Assembly: GCA_043228905.1 (NCBI GenBank)
Contig: JBHGNT010000006.1
Coordinates: forward strand, 14,074,001-14,138,000
Direction: 5' to 3'
Length of the DNA: 64,000 nucleotides
Origin: Azolla caroliniana
Taxonomy: Eukaryota > Plantae > Polypodiophyta
Part shown: piece by piece, positions 49,442 through 63,200 of the stretch
Layout of the letters: every line of letters starts with the position of its first letter
How positions within the stretch are numbered: position 1 is the stretch's first letter
The notes under the pieces: model-generated
What the model was told of the DNA's origin: nothing
What the model saw: only the letters and a program-made list of their open reading frames with translations
Databases searched by the model: none
Program-made: the position numbers and the translations under genes

Positions 49442-51440
49442 TAGCAACACTTTACGTTGCAAGGTACATGAAGAGCAACAAAATGCTCTACAAGAACAAC
49501 AAAAATGGAGGCCCTACGCCACCATTCCAACTGCATGCGTGACTAGTGGTGAAGGCTAAGGCTAGAGAAGGAAATATATATATATATATACATACATACA
49601 TACATACATACATTGTTGAGAATCAAGCTCAACCTAGTGCAACGTGTGAACACACCCTTTGAGAATCTATGATCCCTCAAAGGTCAAGAGTCACACCACT
49701 ACTCTCTCTCTGTCCCTGGTTTTCGATCACCGATTCCTTGGACTGTTCTTCATCTGAATCCGATTCGGGGTCTTGTCCGGTTCCAGTGTCAGATTCTTCT
49801 TCTTCGGTCGGTTTGGTTTCTTGTCCGATTCCATCCGGTTCTTCGAGTGTCATCCGGCTTCCGACCAGATGGGTCCTAACACCTTCCGACCGATCTCTGT
49901 CGGTTGACCCGAAGTTTGTTGTCTTCTTCTCCGACTCCCAGTCGGTAATGATCTTGTCTTCCATGAAGACTATGTTTCAACTCTGAAAAACCTTCTTCTC
50001 GACCAAGTCCCATACACGATAGCCAAACTCATCATCACCATATCCGAGGAATATGCATGGTCGGGACTTCGGATCTAATTTCCCTCTCTTGTCCTTCGCT
50101 ACATGCAAGTAATCAAGACAACCGAACACCTTCAGATGTCGGTAAGACACGTCTTTACCGGTCCATACTCTCTGTGGTGTGTTTCCGTCCAAGGGTGCTA
50201 AGGTGATCTGTTTATCACATAGGTCATCGTCATCAACGCCTCAGTCCAAAACGTCTTGGACAACTTAGCATCTGCCAACATGCTTCGGACTCTCTCCATC
50301 ACAGTCTAGTTCATCCTTTCATCCAATACATTTAGTTCTGATGTCTTCGGCACGGTGAATTCAAGCCGAATCCCTTTTGATTGGTAGTACTCCTCGAACT
50401 GCCCCCGGTATTCGCCTCTATTGTCTGCTCGAATCACCTTCAGCTTCCGACTGGTTTCCCTTTCCACTCTTGCATGGAATTCCTTGAAGTCGGATAATAC
50501 CTGATCCTTTGTCTTCAACTGTGAGACCCACAACTTCTGGCTATGGTCATCTATGAACGTCATGAAGTACTGCGACACAACATGTGACTTTGTGTCCACT
50601 TGGCATACATCGGTATGCACAAGCTCTAGTGGTTCTTTCCGTCTTGTCGGTGGACTCGACCGGAAAAAGGTTCGGTTCTGCTTGTCGGCCAAGCAATCGA
50701 TGTTCTTCTCAAGTTGCACGTCTTTCACCTCCGAAATGAGATTATCTTCGACAAGTCTCCGCATTCCCATCTGGCTCATGTGGCACAACCTATTGTACCA
50801 CAACTCACCAGCAGTATCACATACCACGTTCATTTCTACCCAGCATATCCAAGCATGGATCAAGTACAGTGTGTTGATATTCCGGGCTCAACCCACGATC
50901 AGGCTCCCTTTCCAAAACTTCATGACTCCATTTCAGATGCTACCCTGTAGCCTTCGTCAACCAGCCTACCGGTTAATATCAGGTTCAACTGAACCTCCGA
51001 AACATGTTAGACCTCTTTTAGTTGCAGCTCATGTCAGAACCAAGGATAAAAGATAGAGTGATGGAAGAAGGATATTAGAGAACACGAGAAGAAAGGAACG
51101 AAATACTAAGAGAAGAATGGATGTATAAGATAGAGAAAGAAAGAGAATGGATACAAGATATGTAATGAGAGCTAAAGATTGGTGTTGATTCGAATTGATT
51201 TGAGAATACATGTATGCCCTTATTTATAGGTTCCTATAGAATAGCTTAGAGATTTCTAGAATGTTCTAGACCTAGAATGCTCTAGGACATTCTAGAACAT
51301 TCTAGAATAATCTAGAGTTTTTACAATAATCAATGTAATACAAGAAGTAGCTTTTATTGTTTTATATAACAATAAGCTATCTTAATGGTTGAGGTTTTCA
51401 AGTATGAATTACAAGGTTCGAGGTTCAAGTCCGGGTGACG

Positions 51441-54400
51441 TCATGTGTTCATGACACTATCCCTCCTTCGAGAACGCCGAGTGGAAGTCGGCGTTAACAT
51501 TGTTGGGTCAGGCTTGTTTGGATAGTGACGATGGAAGTCGTTGACCAGAGCTTCAGCATTACAAACGTTATCGATGGGTTCCCAAGTGCAATCACTCGGA
51601 GGATAACCAAGCCAATCAACTAGATAATAAAGCTTATTGCGCACAATCTTAGAATCGAGAATAGCAGCTACCTCATATTCGGGGCCATCCACAAGTTGTA
51701 CAGAAGGCGGTGGTGGCACGACACGATTAGGAATTAAAGAGGTGTGGCAAGGTTCCAAAAGAGAGCTATGAAAGACAGGGTGAAGCCGCATATGTGCAGG
51801 AAGGTTAAGACGAAATGTTGCATCATTAATCTGCGCCGTGATGACAAAAGGACCTAAGCGTTGATAGTCAAGCTTAGCACACGGTCGGGTAGTCTTGATG
51901 TGACGACGAAGCAACCATACACGGTCACCAACCTTAAACGGAGACTTAAGACGATGTCGATCGGCATTGGTCTTATGGTGTGCTTGCGCTTTCTGAAGAT
52001 GTGACGATAACTCGAACTGGATTTGTTGTAGTCGGTGGAGGTGATGCGCCGCACTAGGGTTTCGTGACACCTCGGGAAGATCCAATATACACCATCGAGG
52101 GTGGTTGCCGGTGTAGGCAAAGAAAGGTGTAACTTTGGTAGAAGAGTGGACCGTGTTGTTGTATGCAAACTTGGCAAGATGTAAAATATTACTCCAATCA
52201 TCTTGTTGATAACTAATGAAACATCAAAGATATTGCTCGAGCGTTTGATTTGTGCGCTCTGTTTGTCCGTCAGTTTGTGGATGATAAGCCGAAGAGAGTT
52301 TGCAAGAGATTTTGAGGCCTGCCCGTAGGTGCTTCCAAAAGTGTGAGATAAATTGAGGACCTCGATCGCTAATAATATCATTCGGGAGACCATGATGGCG
52401 AAATACTTCACGCATAATGAGATCTGCAGTTTCTTCACTATTGATGGTCTTTACACATGGGACAAAATGTGCCATCTTGGTGAACCGATCCACTACTGTT
52501 AAAATAGTATCAAAGCCTTTGGAAGGTGGCAGATCCGTGATGAAATCCATAGAAATAGACTGCCATGGCTTGTTGGGAGGGGGTAATGGTTGTAGTAAGC
52601 CATAAGGGTGATGCCGGGGTATTTTGGCGTGACAGCAGGTGTCACAAGTGCGAACATAATCTTCGACAAATTTTTGCAAGTGAGGCCACCAAAACGAACG
52701 TTTCACCAGCTCAATGGTCTTGGAAATACCAAAATGTCCAACCATGGGGGCATCATGACAATGTTTCAACACTTGAAGTCGGGGTGATCCGTCGGGGACG
52801 TAAAGGAGATTCTTGTAGAAGAGTAAACCATCTTGCCACTTGAAGTCATGATAATGTTGAGATGACCCTAGCAATGTGGAGCAAGATGGACGACTTGAAC
52901 CACAATGGGCTAAGACATCCTTAGCAAAATCATCCGAATGAAGTTGTTGCCGAATAGTGTCAAGAAGGGTAGAATCAAGTGGTGTGGCATAAATTGTTGT
53001 TACCTGTAGCTTTGATGGCCCGAGGAGAGTTTGCTTTTGATTGTCAAAGGCTGGATCTCCAGGTCGAAGTGTTAGATATGAACACCGAGACAGAGCATCT
53101 GCTTTCCCTTGTTGTTTTCCGGGGCGAAAAATGATCTTGAAATCGAAACGCGTTAGAAATTGGGCCCATCGAGCTTGTCGTCTATTTAATACTCGAGCTG
53201 TTTGAAAATATGTGAGATTTTTGTGATCACTATAAATGATAATCTGATGAGGTGATCCTTCTAGAAAATGACGCCATTGCTCGAATGAGTCGACCACAGC
53301 TAGTAACTCCTTGTCATGTACCTCATAGTTTATCTCCGAAACAGTAAATTTTCTCGAGTGAAACGCGACTGGATGTATCTGCCTGTCCTCGCCTGGTTGC
53401 GATAGGATACTCCCCAATGCAAATTCTGATGCATCCGCCTCAATAGTAAATGGCTTTTCAGGATCAATATGTGCTAGGATGGGTGCTGATGTGAATGCCT
53501 CTTTCAGCTGCGTAAAAGCCTTGTCCGCTTCGATACTCCAAAAAAAGGCTTGATTTTTCTTGGTGAGTTGAGTAAGGGGCAACACAATGCTTGAATAATT
53601 ATGTATGAATTTGCGATAGAAGTTCGCAAATCCGAGGAAACACTGGACATCCCGAACTGAGCATGGGGGTTTCCATTCCAATATTGTTTGGACTTTTGCC
53701 GGGTCCATGAAAACACCCTGGGATGAAATAGTGTATCCCAAAAATTCGACTTGTTTGCAATCAAAACTGCATTTCTCAAGTTTGGCATAAAGACCATACT
53801 TCCTTAGGCGTTCAAGTACTTGCCGCACATGTATATCATGCTCCCCCTGTGTTTTAGAGTAAATCAATAGATCATCTAGGTAGATGATTAGAAAAATATC
53901 CAAGAAATCCCGGAAGATGTCATTTGCCATATGTTGGAATACGACAGGTGCATTTGTGAGCCCGAAAGGCATGACTGTATACTCGAAATGACCATACCAA
54001 GTACGAAATGTTGTTTTCCACTCATCTCCCGGCCGAATTCGAACAAGATTATATGCACCCCTTAGATCAATTTTGGTAAAATGCTTTGCCCCACCAATGC
54101 ATTCTAAGAGATTGGAGATTAAAGGTAAAGCATACCTATTCCTTATGCTGACTTTATTTAAGCCTCGATAGTCCACGACCAAACGAAGGGAGCCATCCTT
54201 TTTCTTCACAAAAAAGATAGGAGCACCAGCTGGAGACTTTGAATGTCGAATAAACCCAAGTGCAAGATTTTCCTCGATGTATTCTCGAAGAACCTCAAGC
54301 TCAGTGGGTGATAAATTGTAAATCAGACCCCACGGTGGCTCTTTTCCTGGTTGGAGATCAATAGGACAGTCGTACGGCCGATGCTTTGGAAGAACACTAG

Positions 54401-55070
54401 CTTTGACTTTGTCGAAAACATCAGCATAGTCTTGATATTTTTTGGGAATTTGGATGTCTGAATTCCCTTGAGTGACACTAGAAGGTGTCACTGATACTGC
54501 AAATAAAAAAAACTCCTCCTTGCCTCCCACTTGGCACAATTGTTGCAATGTGATGGCTGAAATTTGATAAGAAGGATATGGTGCATCGGTAGAACTATAT
54601 ACTTTAGGAGGATACTCCCGAGTTCGATCCTTGACAATGATATTTTCTACTAAAGGGCACCTAATTTCTCGCTTCCTCCAATCGATTCTAGGGTTATGTA
54701 GCTCAAACCATGGCAAACCGAGGACAATTGGATGCTCAGGACTACGGATTATGTTAAAGGAAACTACACATCCTAAATCACCCAAGAGTATGTGTATTGG
54801 CTCAGACTCTTCAAATATCTTCTCGGAAGCTATGGGGCGTCCATCAATCACTACTACGGAAACTGGACAAGGAAGTGTATGCAAGGATATTTGGTGTTTT
54901 TGGGCAAAATCTCTATCCATGAAACAAGAATTGGCTCTAGTATCTAAGAGGGCTTGGACTTGAAGTTGACAACTGGGTGTCCTAACTTGTACTAGGGCTG
55001 AGAAGACTCTACTAACATGCTTGGAAGAAATGGAACCCACACTAGGTTGTACATATCTAGAGTTGTCCAA
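51441..55070 (-). pseudogene. pol: Chromovirus I Pol (948-aa ORF, premature stop at 52224, chromodomain in 51441-52085)
   Basis: LLDTRA, YLDD, EADASEFA, SDRGPQF, EYEVAAILDSK...YLVDWLGY. Confidence 0.93.
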
Positions 55071-55096
55071 CCAAATGGCTCCTATTTTGACCGGAC

Positions 55097-56259
55097 TTAT
55101 TCGTTTGTCTCCTCTTCTAATTGGCTTAGGACTTCAAATTTATTGGACAAGGGTGGATTATTCATAATATTAGATTCACTAACTACTTCTAAAATATTGG
55201 ACTCATTTTTATTGTCATAGTGAATTTATTTACCTGACGTCTCGGCCTACGGGAGCAATGAATGGCTATATGTCTTGGACCTCCGCAATATAAGCATAGA
55301 TGGTTTGCTCGACGACGTTGCTTCTCTTCTTCTGACAACGGTCCTCGTCGTTGAGTCATATCGATCTCCATGGGTGCAGGACTATCCATTGAGACTGGAC
55401 TACGTGTTTGCCTTGGAGTTGGAGCAGGGCTATACATTTGCCTTGGAGATGATTGCGCTGTTACTGATGCATAAGTTGGTGTGAATCTTGATCTTGTTAT
55501 TTGTTGTTGTCGCTCACATCGACGCTCAAAAAGGCGATTATCACACCGTATTGCTCGACTAATAGCTTCTGTAAGTGACCTTGGATCCTCGGGGAAGGTA
55601 AGAAGTAAGTCTTTGACATCACTACGAAGGCTTGAACGGAATTGCTCCATTAGGGCTTGTTCATCCTAAGGAATATCGCTTGCGATGAGACGGAAATTGG
55701 TAGCATATGTCGAAGCTGGTTGATCACCTTGACGAAGTGTACGAATCTTGTTGATAGTTGTTCTCGCCCCATCAGTATCTCCGAAACAAGCCTTAAATTC
55801 CTTGATAAATTCCTCGAAATTATTAAGTAGAGGAGAATTGGTCTCTAGCAATGGAGCAAACCACGACAACGCTATGCCAGTCAATAAGGTGCCCACTAGC
55901 CCGACTCGTGATGCATCTGTTGGATAGCGCGCGGGACGCATTTGAATCACCAACCGTACTTGATTCAAGAAACCTCGGAAATGCGCCCTCGACCCATCAA
56001 ATTTAGCTGGGAGGCTAATTTTGGGCTCCTTGATAAGTCCCTGACCTTCAACCCTTTGTTGTTGTAACACTACGATTGTCGACTCTAATTGTTGCACTCG
56101 TCGCGTGAACTCCTCTTGTTGTTGTTGCTTCTCTATAGTAACCTTTTGTAGATCCCCAAGTAGACGTTGATTCTCTACTTCAAGAGATGCGAACTTGGAT
56201 TTAAGGTTCTCCATTTCTGCAACAAGGGTGAGATATTCTTCTGAGTTAATGGCAGCCAT
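55097..56259 (-). pseudogene. gag: Chromovirus I Gag
   Basis: EPKISLPAKFDG, CLYCGGPRHIAIHC; Trp codon changed to TAG at 55666; ends EETNE* like VLNE* in H. Confidence 0.9.
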
Positions 56260-56283
56260 GGTTTCAAGATGGTTACAAAGGAG

Positions 56284-56326
<43 letters not shown>

Positions 56327-58033
56327 GAATCAAACTGTCAGAACCAAGGATAAAAGATAGAGTGATGGAAGAAGGATATTAGAGAACACGAGAAGAAAGG
56401 AATGAAATACTAAGAGAAGAATGGATGTATAAGATAGAGAAAGAAAGAGAATGGATACAAGATATGTAATGAGAGCTAAAGACTGGTGTTGATTCGAATT
56501 GATTTGAGAATACATGTATGCCCTTATTTATAGGTTCCTATAGAATAGCTTAGAGATTTCTAGAATGTTCTAGACCTAGAATGCTCTAGGACATTCTAGG
56601 ACATTCTAGAATAATCTAGAGTTTTTTACAATAATCAATGTAATACAAGAAGTAGCTTTTATTGTTTCATAACAATAAGCTATCTTAATGGTTGAGGTTT
56701 TCAAGTATGAATTACAAGGTTTGAGGTTCAAGTCCCGGTGACGCCATAATGGTCATGTGTTCATGACAGCTCACACCCGATTGACGTCTTCAACCACACA
56801 TCTCCTATGCCGACAATTCAGCATGCACCTTCATTTCCATTTGGACACGACCGTGATCTCCGGCTCGGTAGGATGAGAAGAACTTCTAGCCAGGGGTCAA
56901 ATGGAACAACACTCCGGAGTCGACCACCCATGTAGTCTCGTCATTGAGTAGATGTAGCTCGTTCTCCTTGGTGATGAGTAGTACTTCCTCTTCACTTGTC
57001 GCGATTGCCAATGTTCCTCTTCTCTCCGAAATCTTTTTCGGTTCTAGATTGTCGGCTCTCCCTTTGGCTTTTCGGAAGTGTCAGCAATTCTTCTAGAAGT
57101 GCCTCGACTTTCCACAATAAAAGCAAGTGGGCCTCCCTCTTGACTTTGACCTCGTCCCCAATTTGTCCTGATTTTGGGGGCTCTGATTTCGGCCTCTTCC
57201 CCGGTTATGGTCATCTTCCGTAACCAAGGCCTTCGGATCGGTTTTGGATTCCCGGTCCTTCTGACGAGCTTCTTCATCCAACAAGCTTGATTTTACCCTT
57301 GTTAGGGATATATGCATTCCTTCTGGCCCAACGTTGCCCAAAGTGACAACTAGTGTCTCCCAACTATCCGAGAGGGAACCGAGTAGCAACAAAACGAGTA
57401 CCTCGTCGGCTAGAGGTACTTCCAATGAGGTTGTTTGGTTTATAAGCCCCTAGAAGGCATTCATGTGATCCGCCATGTTGGAGCCATGTTGGTATCAGAG
57501 TCTCACTAACTTCCGGAATACTGAGACCCGATTCACAACATTTTTGCTCTCCAGCATGGTACCGATTTTCTCCCAGAGCACATGAGCCTTACTTTCTTCG
57601 TTGAAGTTGTTGTACAGGCTCATATCCATGAAGCACCGAATGTATGTCATCATCTTCATGTGCATTACTTCCCAGATCGTGGCATCAATCTTGTCCGGTC
57701 TTTTGTCCCCAAACTGTACAGCTAGAGATCTTTAACCATCAGCATGCCCCTCATCTTCGACTTCCACACTGGGTAGTTGGAGCTAGTGAGCTTGAACGTG
57801 CCGCTAAAAGAATCTTCCATTTTCTTTCCTTTGTTGTTCGCTCTAATACTAGTTTGTGCGGAATAGGGCTCGGCCACAACCGAGTCTCAATAAAACAATA
57901 GAATAGGAATAAAGATTAATGCACTTACACAGAATGAGACGACACAATATGTTTACGTGGAAAACCTCAAGAGGCAAAACCACGGGACTTCGTAGACTCC
58001 AAACAGGATGACTATAGGGCAGAGGTACTACAA

Positions 58034-58850
58034 TGTTGTCGTGAAGTTGTTGCTTCACGATGTCAAAAAAATGTAAAAAATCTATAGAAGTACATTTTTC
58101 ATCTGGAGCTTATGACGAGGAGCATGTAGAAATTTTCGGTTCGTGAATCAAGGTTCAGAAGCCCAAGATACAAGCTTCGGAAGGACTAATGCAACTCGGG
58201 ACACAAATGTAATTATGTAAAAAGGGGGATTCGAAATTAAATAAGGGCCATTTTTGTAATTTCTCAAATGTACAACTACAAAATCGAAATTTTCAAATTT
58301 ATAAATAATAATAATAATAAAATAACCGCCTAAATGAGGCAGTCTGTCACCTCAAGAGGGTGGTAGGGCGGTTGACCACCCTATAAAAGCCACACCCATG
58401 GTGGCTAAAGAGGAAGGGTAGAAGGGGAAAAGGAAGAGGAGAAGAAGAAGGGAGAAGGAACGAAGCGAGGGCGGAAGCTCGCAAGAAGAAGGGATGTAGA
58501 GGTCGCTCACAATGACCTGCTGAACAGAAGCCAAAAAGTAAAGAAAAGAGGGAGAAGAGAAGAAAACCAAGAAGTTGAAGTGGTGTATCTCAAACGCCTC
58601 TTTGCAAACAAAAGGTTGAGAGTTTGAATCCTCTTAAAACAACTTCTTTTGGTAAACAAATTTTGTAATATAAATTTGGTATATATAAGGAGAAAGAGAG
58701 TTAATTAAATAGAAATCAAAGAAGTTGAAGTGGTCTATCTCAAATGCTTCCTCTCAAATAGAGTTTGTAAGTTCAAGTATTGCCAAGTAACTTTTGGCAA
58801 ATAAATATTGTAAGTGGTGTTCTACAAATAAATTTCTTTTCGCAACAACA
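58034..58850 (+). mobile_element. Solo-LTR-like insertion inside the LTR of Copia L
   Basis: Splits two halves of the L LTR that are contiguous in A. TGT...ACA ends, TGTCGTGAAG start as in the F LTR, CTATAAAA followed by a purine-rich leader. No clean TSD. Confidence 0.55.
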
Positions 58851-59232
58851 TGAAACTCAGAGGCAACAACCTTGAGCTCTGTCTTCGCCAATTGGTGGTT
58901 ACAACAGAAACGTTTTTTGTATCTATGTGTGTGTGTATCAAGAATGATAATGACAACAACCAAAATGACAACCACTGACTTATTTGCCCTAAGTTATATT
59001 TATACTTATAGAACTTACGGGCTATTTACAAATGTGGCCTCAACAGCCCATAAGAAACATATTTACAAATATGTCTCTCTTCACAGTTCATACCATGTCC
59101 ATCTGATCCGGTTTCCGTATGTCCTTCCGGACGCTCCGATCTAGTTCATTCTTCTTTGGCTTCTCCGATCCCCATCTAGAGGGTCCGATATCTGAACACA
59201 ATCCACATCCAGATCCGTCTTCTCACTCAGCA

Positions 59233-60215
59233 ACGGAGCCATTTCGTGGAACAGTAAGAAGCAACCGACAATCGCACTATCGGGGCACTATCGAGCATAG
59301 AGGCCGAATATAGGGGCGCAACTATCACCGCATGCCAAGCCATTTGGCTCAAAAGAATCCTGAAGGATTTGGGTGTTCCCATCAACGATCTGATTCTCTT
59401 GTATTGCGATAACATGAGCAACATCCAGCTGGCCCGCTATCCAGTCTTCCACGCGCGAACTAAGCACATTGAAGTACACTATCACTTCATCCGCGAGTGT
59501 GTCCAAGCTGGAGATGTCGACCTACAATACATCAGCACAAACCTTCAGGTTGTCGACATCTTCACAAAAGCCTTAGGAATCGACAAGCTCGGGCAGTTTA
59601 CATTGGACCTTGGTCTCACGATATCTACATTGCCAAGCTTGAGGGGGAGTACTTAATCATAGCAGTAGTCGATCAGTGTATCCAGAGGAGTCGAAGTATG
59701 ATGATGATAGTTGAGTAGAACAAGGAGCACGAAGTAATCGAATAGTTGAAGGATTTGGACACAGAGCCGAAAGCCGAATCCAACCAAACAACTGAATCGA
59801 AGTAATTCAAAGGTCGAAGCCAATTTAGCCGAATCGAAGTAATTCAAAGGTCGAAGCCAATTTAGTTGAATCGAAGTATTTCGAAGACTAAACCGAATCA
59901 AATTTTCAGCGTTTGGAAGTTGTGTTTGAAGGGGCGTGTTGATAATCGAACTCAACTTCCCCAATGAAGTGCTTTCACACTAGTAGTGGACACACTAGGT
60001 TAGTTTTGTAAAGATTAGAAAGGGCAGTTGCCCTAGACTAGTTGGTATTTAAACCAACCTTTTGTAACTTAGTTACTGTTGATATAATCATATTTTTCCT
60101 AAATATAGCTTCTTGTTCTAGTTCCTCTCCTGGTTGTCTTACCTACACACACACACATACACACATAGTTTTACCTCCACTTCACAACATCACCTACATC
60201 GCCCATTTCTTAACA
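59233..60215 (+). mobile_element. Ty1/Copia remnant K (RNase H, spacer with 37-bp tandem repeat, PPT, 3' LTR ~59937-60215)
   Basis: [40 protein letters not shown]; GAAGGGGCG then TGTTGA. Confidence 0.82.
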
Positions 60216-60218
60216 AAG

Positions 60219-63200
60219 TGTAGAAACAAATAGCGTGCGGAAGCAATAGGAAACCAGAAAACAGAGAACATGTTTAATGGAGAGCTTAACAGTACGCGGG
60301 AGAGACAAAGAGAGAGCACACAGAAACTCAATTCAAAAAAATACTACTCAGTTTGTACATCGTATGTGTTCAGTGAACACTTTTATACAAGTCCATTCGG
60401 ACTGACAGAAGTACGGTGTAATTCAATGCCCACACGAGTGTCTGACACTAACTACAAGATATTAACTCCCTAGTAGACTAGTTGTTACTTGGCTTCCGGT
60501 TATTGCTTGAACAAGCTAACCGGCTCACCGATCCGGCTCATCCTTCTGGATGCCAATCCGGATCCGGTTGAGCTTGCCGCTGAACACTCCCCCTCAAGCT
60601 CAATTTGAGGTCGGATCGTAGTGTCAGTCTCTATGGTAGCCGGTTCTTCCACCTGGCTCCTTCTGGCGTCACTCCGCCTTGCTCGCGCTCCTCGTCCGGT
60701 CTGGTCCCGTTTGCCACAACCCTTCTGTTCCTGTGCACCTCGACTTCCTTGGTCGGCTTGTCTGCTCAATAGCCCCAATTTAGCTCCCTCGTTGTTGTGA
60801 CTTTGGCTTTTGCCGATTCGCCGATCCCTTCGTGTTGGCGTCGACTTTTGCTGCCTTCTTGTCCTCTTGGCCTTGAATTGATCCGGTTCTTCCGAATCCT
60901 TATGTAGAACCGAATCGGTTGTCTCTGATTCGTTCCAGCTCTTGTCCGAATCGGTTTCTCCCGATTCGTCTTCTGGTTCCAGGCCCTTCACCACATCGAA
61001 CCATGTCCGGGTATTGGCCTTCTTCTTCTGGTCGGCTCTGTCCTTCTTGACTCTACCTCCACTGCCGCTTGTTCCGACTTGTTCGGATGTGTCAACTTCC
61101 TTTGTCGACTCGACACCTTTCTTCTTCTTGTCTCTCCCTTTATTGGTTCTTCCCTCACCGGCGCAATCGGCAGTCTCTTTGCTTTTGCCCGTTCTCCCCC
61201 TCAAGTGTGGCACGTGGAGATGCTGAACACCAAGCATTTCGGTGAAGTGCTGCAACTTGTTCGATCCGAGTGGTTTGGTGAAGATGTCGGCAACTTGCTG
61301 ATCCGTATGAACATACTGAAGTTCAACTTCACCGCTCAGGACACGCTCACGCACGAAGTGGTAGTGCACTTCGATGTGCTTTGTGCGAGCATGGAATACG
61401 GGGCTCTTGGCGAGCTGCATGCTGCTTATGTTGTCGCAGTAGATCAGGATCGGGGTCGGCACCTCGATCCGCAGGTCTTGCAGCAGTCGCCGAAGCCAAA
61501 TGGCTTCATAGGTGGCAACGGTAGCGCCCCGGTATTTAGCCTCAGTGCTCGACAGAGCCACTGTTGGCTGCTTCTTGTTGCTCCACGCAATAGCCGTGCT
61601 ACCAAGGGAAAACATATATCCGGAAGTTGAACGACGATCTAATGCATCGCCGGCCCAGTCGGCATCCATGTAGCCAACTAGCTCTTCGGTTATACCTCGT
61701 TGGTATAACAGTCCCTAATCCTTCGTGCCGCTCACATACCGCAGTATTTGGTGTGCGCACTGAAGATGCTCGACGGTCGGCTTTTGCATGAATTGACTAA
61801 TCACACAAATCGGATAGCTTATGTCGGGTCGGGTGATGGTCAAATATATAAGGCTTCCAACAATTTGTCAGAACCGTTTCTCATCGCATGCCAGTCTGGA
61901 GTTGGGACAGAGCTTTTGTTTCCGGTCCAAGGGTGTAGAAATAGGGCGGCATTTCGTCATGTTGAACTTGTACATCATACTCAACACATAGTGTCTTTGT
62001 GAGAGCAATATGCCGGCGGGGGTTCGGATCACCTCAATCCCAAGGAAATAGTGAAGGTCCCCCAAGTCCTTTATCTCAAATGCGTCCGACAACTGGGACT
62101 TGATTCGACTGATTTCATCAAGTTCGGGTGCGGTGATGACTAGATCATCAACGTACAACAAGATGCAAACCAAACCGTTTGGACCTAGCCGGATGAACAA
62201 TGAAGAGTCGGATTTGGAGGCCACACACCCCATCTTACGCAACCGGTGCATGATCTTCGCATTCCAAGCTCAGGGAGCTTGCTTCAAGCCATAAAGTGAC
62301 TTCTTCAGTCGGCATACCACCGATTTGTTCATCTCTGTCTGGAAACCGGGAGGTTGGGTCATAAAGACCTCTTCTTCTAGATCGCCTTGAAGAAATGCAT
62401 TCTTCACGTCCATCTGGTGAAGATGCCACTCCCTTGCCGCAGCAACCGCCAGCACCACACGAACCATTGTCATCTTCGCTACCAGAGCAAAGGTCTCGTC
62501 GTAGTTGATTCCGTGGGTCTGCGCGTATCCCTTCGCCACTAATCGGGCCTTGTACCGGTTAACTGAACCGTCAACGTTGTACTTTACCTTGTACACCCAC
62601 TTGCATCCGATCGGTTTATAGTGATGGGGAGGGTCAACCAGCTCCCATGTCTCGTTGGCATCAAGTGCCTGCATCTCTTCTTCCATAGCGGCACGCCAAT
62701 GTGAGTCCTTTGCCGCTTCTACGTAGCTCTTCGGCTCATGCACTTCCGCCACCTTGGTCATGTACGCATAGTGATGCGCATTGTACTCATTGTACCCGTA
62801 CCGCATTACAAGTTCCTTCTAGCGATTTGACCGGCATAATCCACCGTTACCCGGTTTGAGGCCCTTCTTATCCGGTTCGGTCTTCGGTGCCGAAGAACCG
62901 TCATTTTTCTTTCCGGAGTCGGATCCGCTCTGATCCGACTCATCATTACCAGTTTCATAATCCGACATCTTCTTCTTCCCCTTCTCTTTGCGCATGAACC
63001 GTCTCCACAATTCCTTGTGCGGGGAGAGCACAACCGAGTCTTCACTACTCGCCGGTTCCTCTTCTAACTGGTCAGATTGACCCAGTCTCTCGTTCGGCCC
63101 ACTCAATCGAAACGATTCCGGACTCTCTTCTTGAGTCCCGGATTCATCATCTTCTATCTGGACTGGTTCAGGCTCACTAGCCTCATCCTCCGGTATCGGG

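Larger units (their letters stand above)
51032..56768 (-). mobile_element. Ty3/Gypsy chromovirus I (Tcn1-like), full length, few lesions
   Basis: TSD GCTCA at 51027-51031 and 56769-56773. LTRs 51032-51456 and 56336-56768. Gag 55097-56259 (stop and frameshift); pol to 51441 with chromodomain. Confidence 0.96.
49670..59232 (-). mobile_element. Ty1/Copia element L (relative of A), 3' half lost, hosting chromovirus I
   Basis: Integrase 49677-50950 and gag/PR 56774-57820 are homologous to A. Decayed PBS TAGTATTAGAGC at ~57851-57840. 5' LTR 57855-~59232 resembles the reverse complement of the A LTR; outer end uncertain. Confidence 0.83.

Noticed and set aside
49614-49670. Short TGTTGAGAATCAAGCTCAAC LTR start as the 5' LTR of element K
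   Set aside because: It resembles the Copia LTR starts seen here but is too short and has no matching TSD at 60216, so the link cannot be supported.
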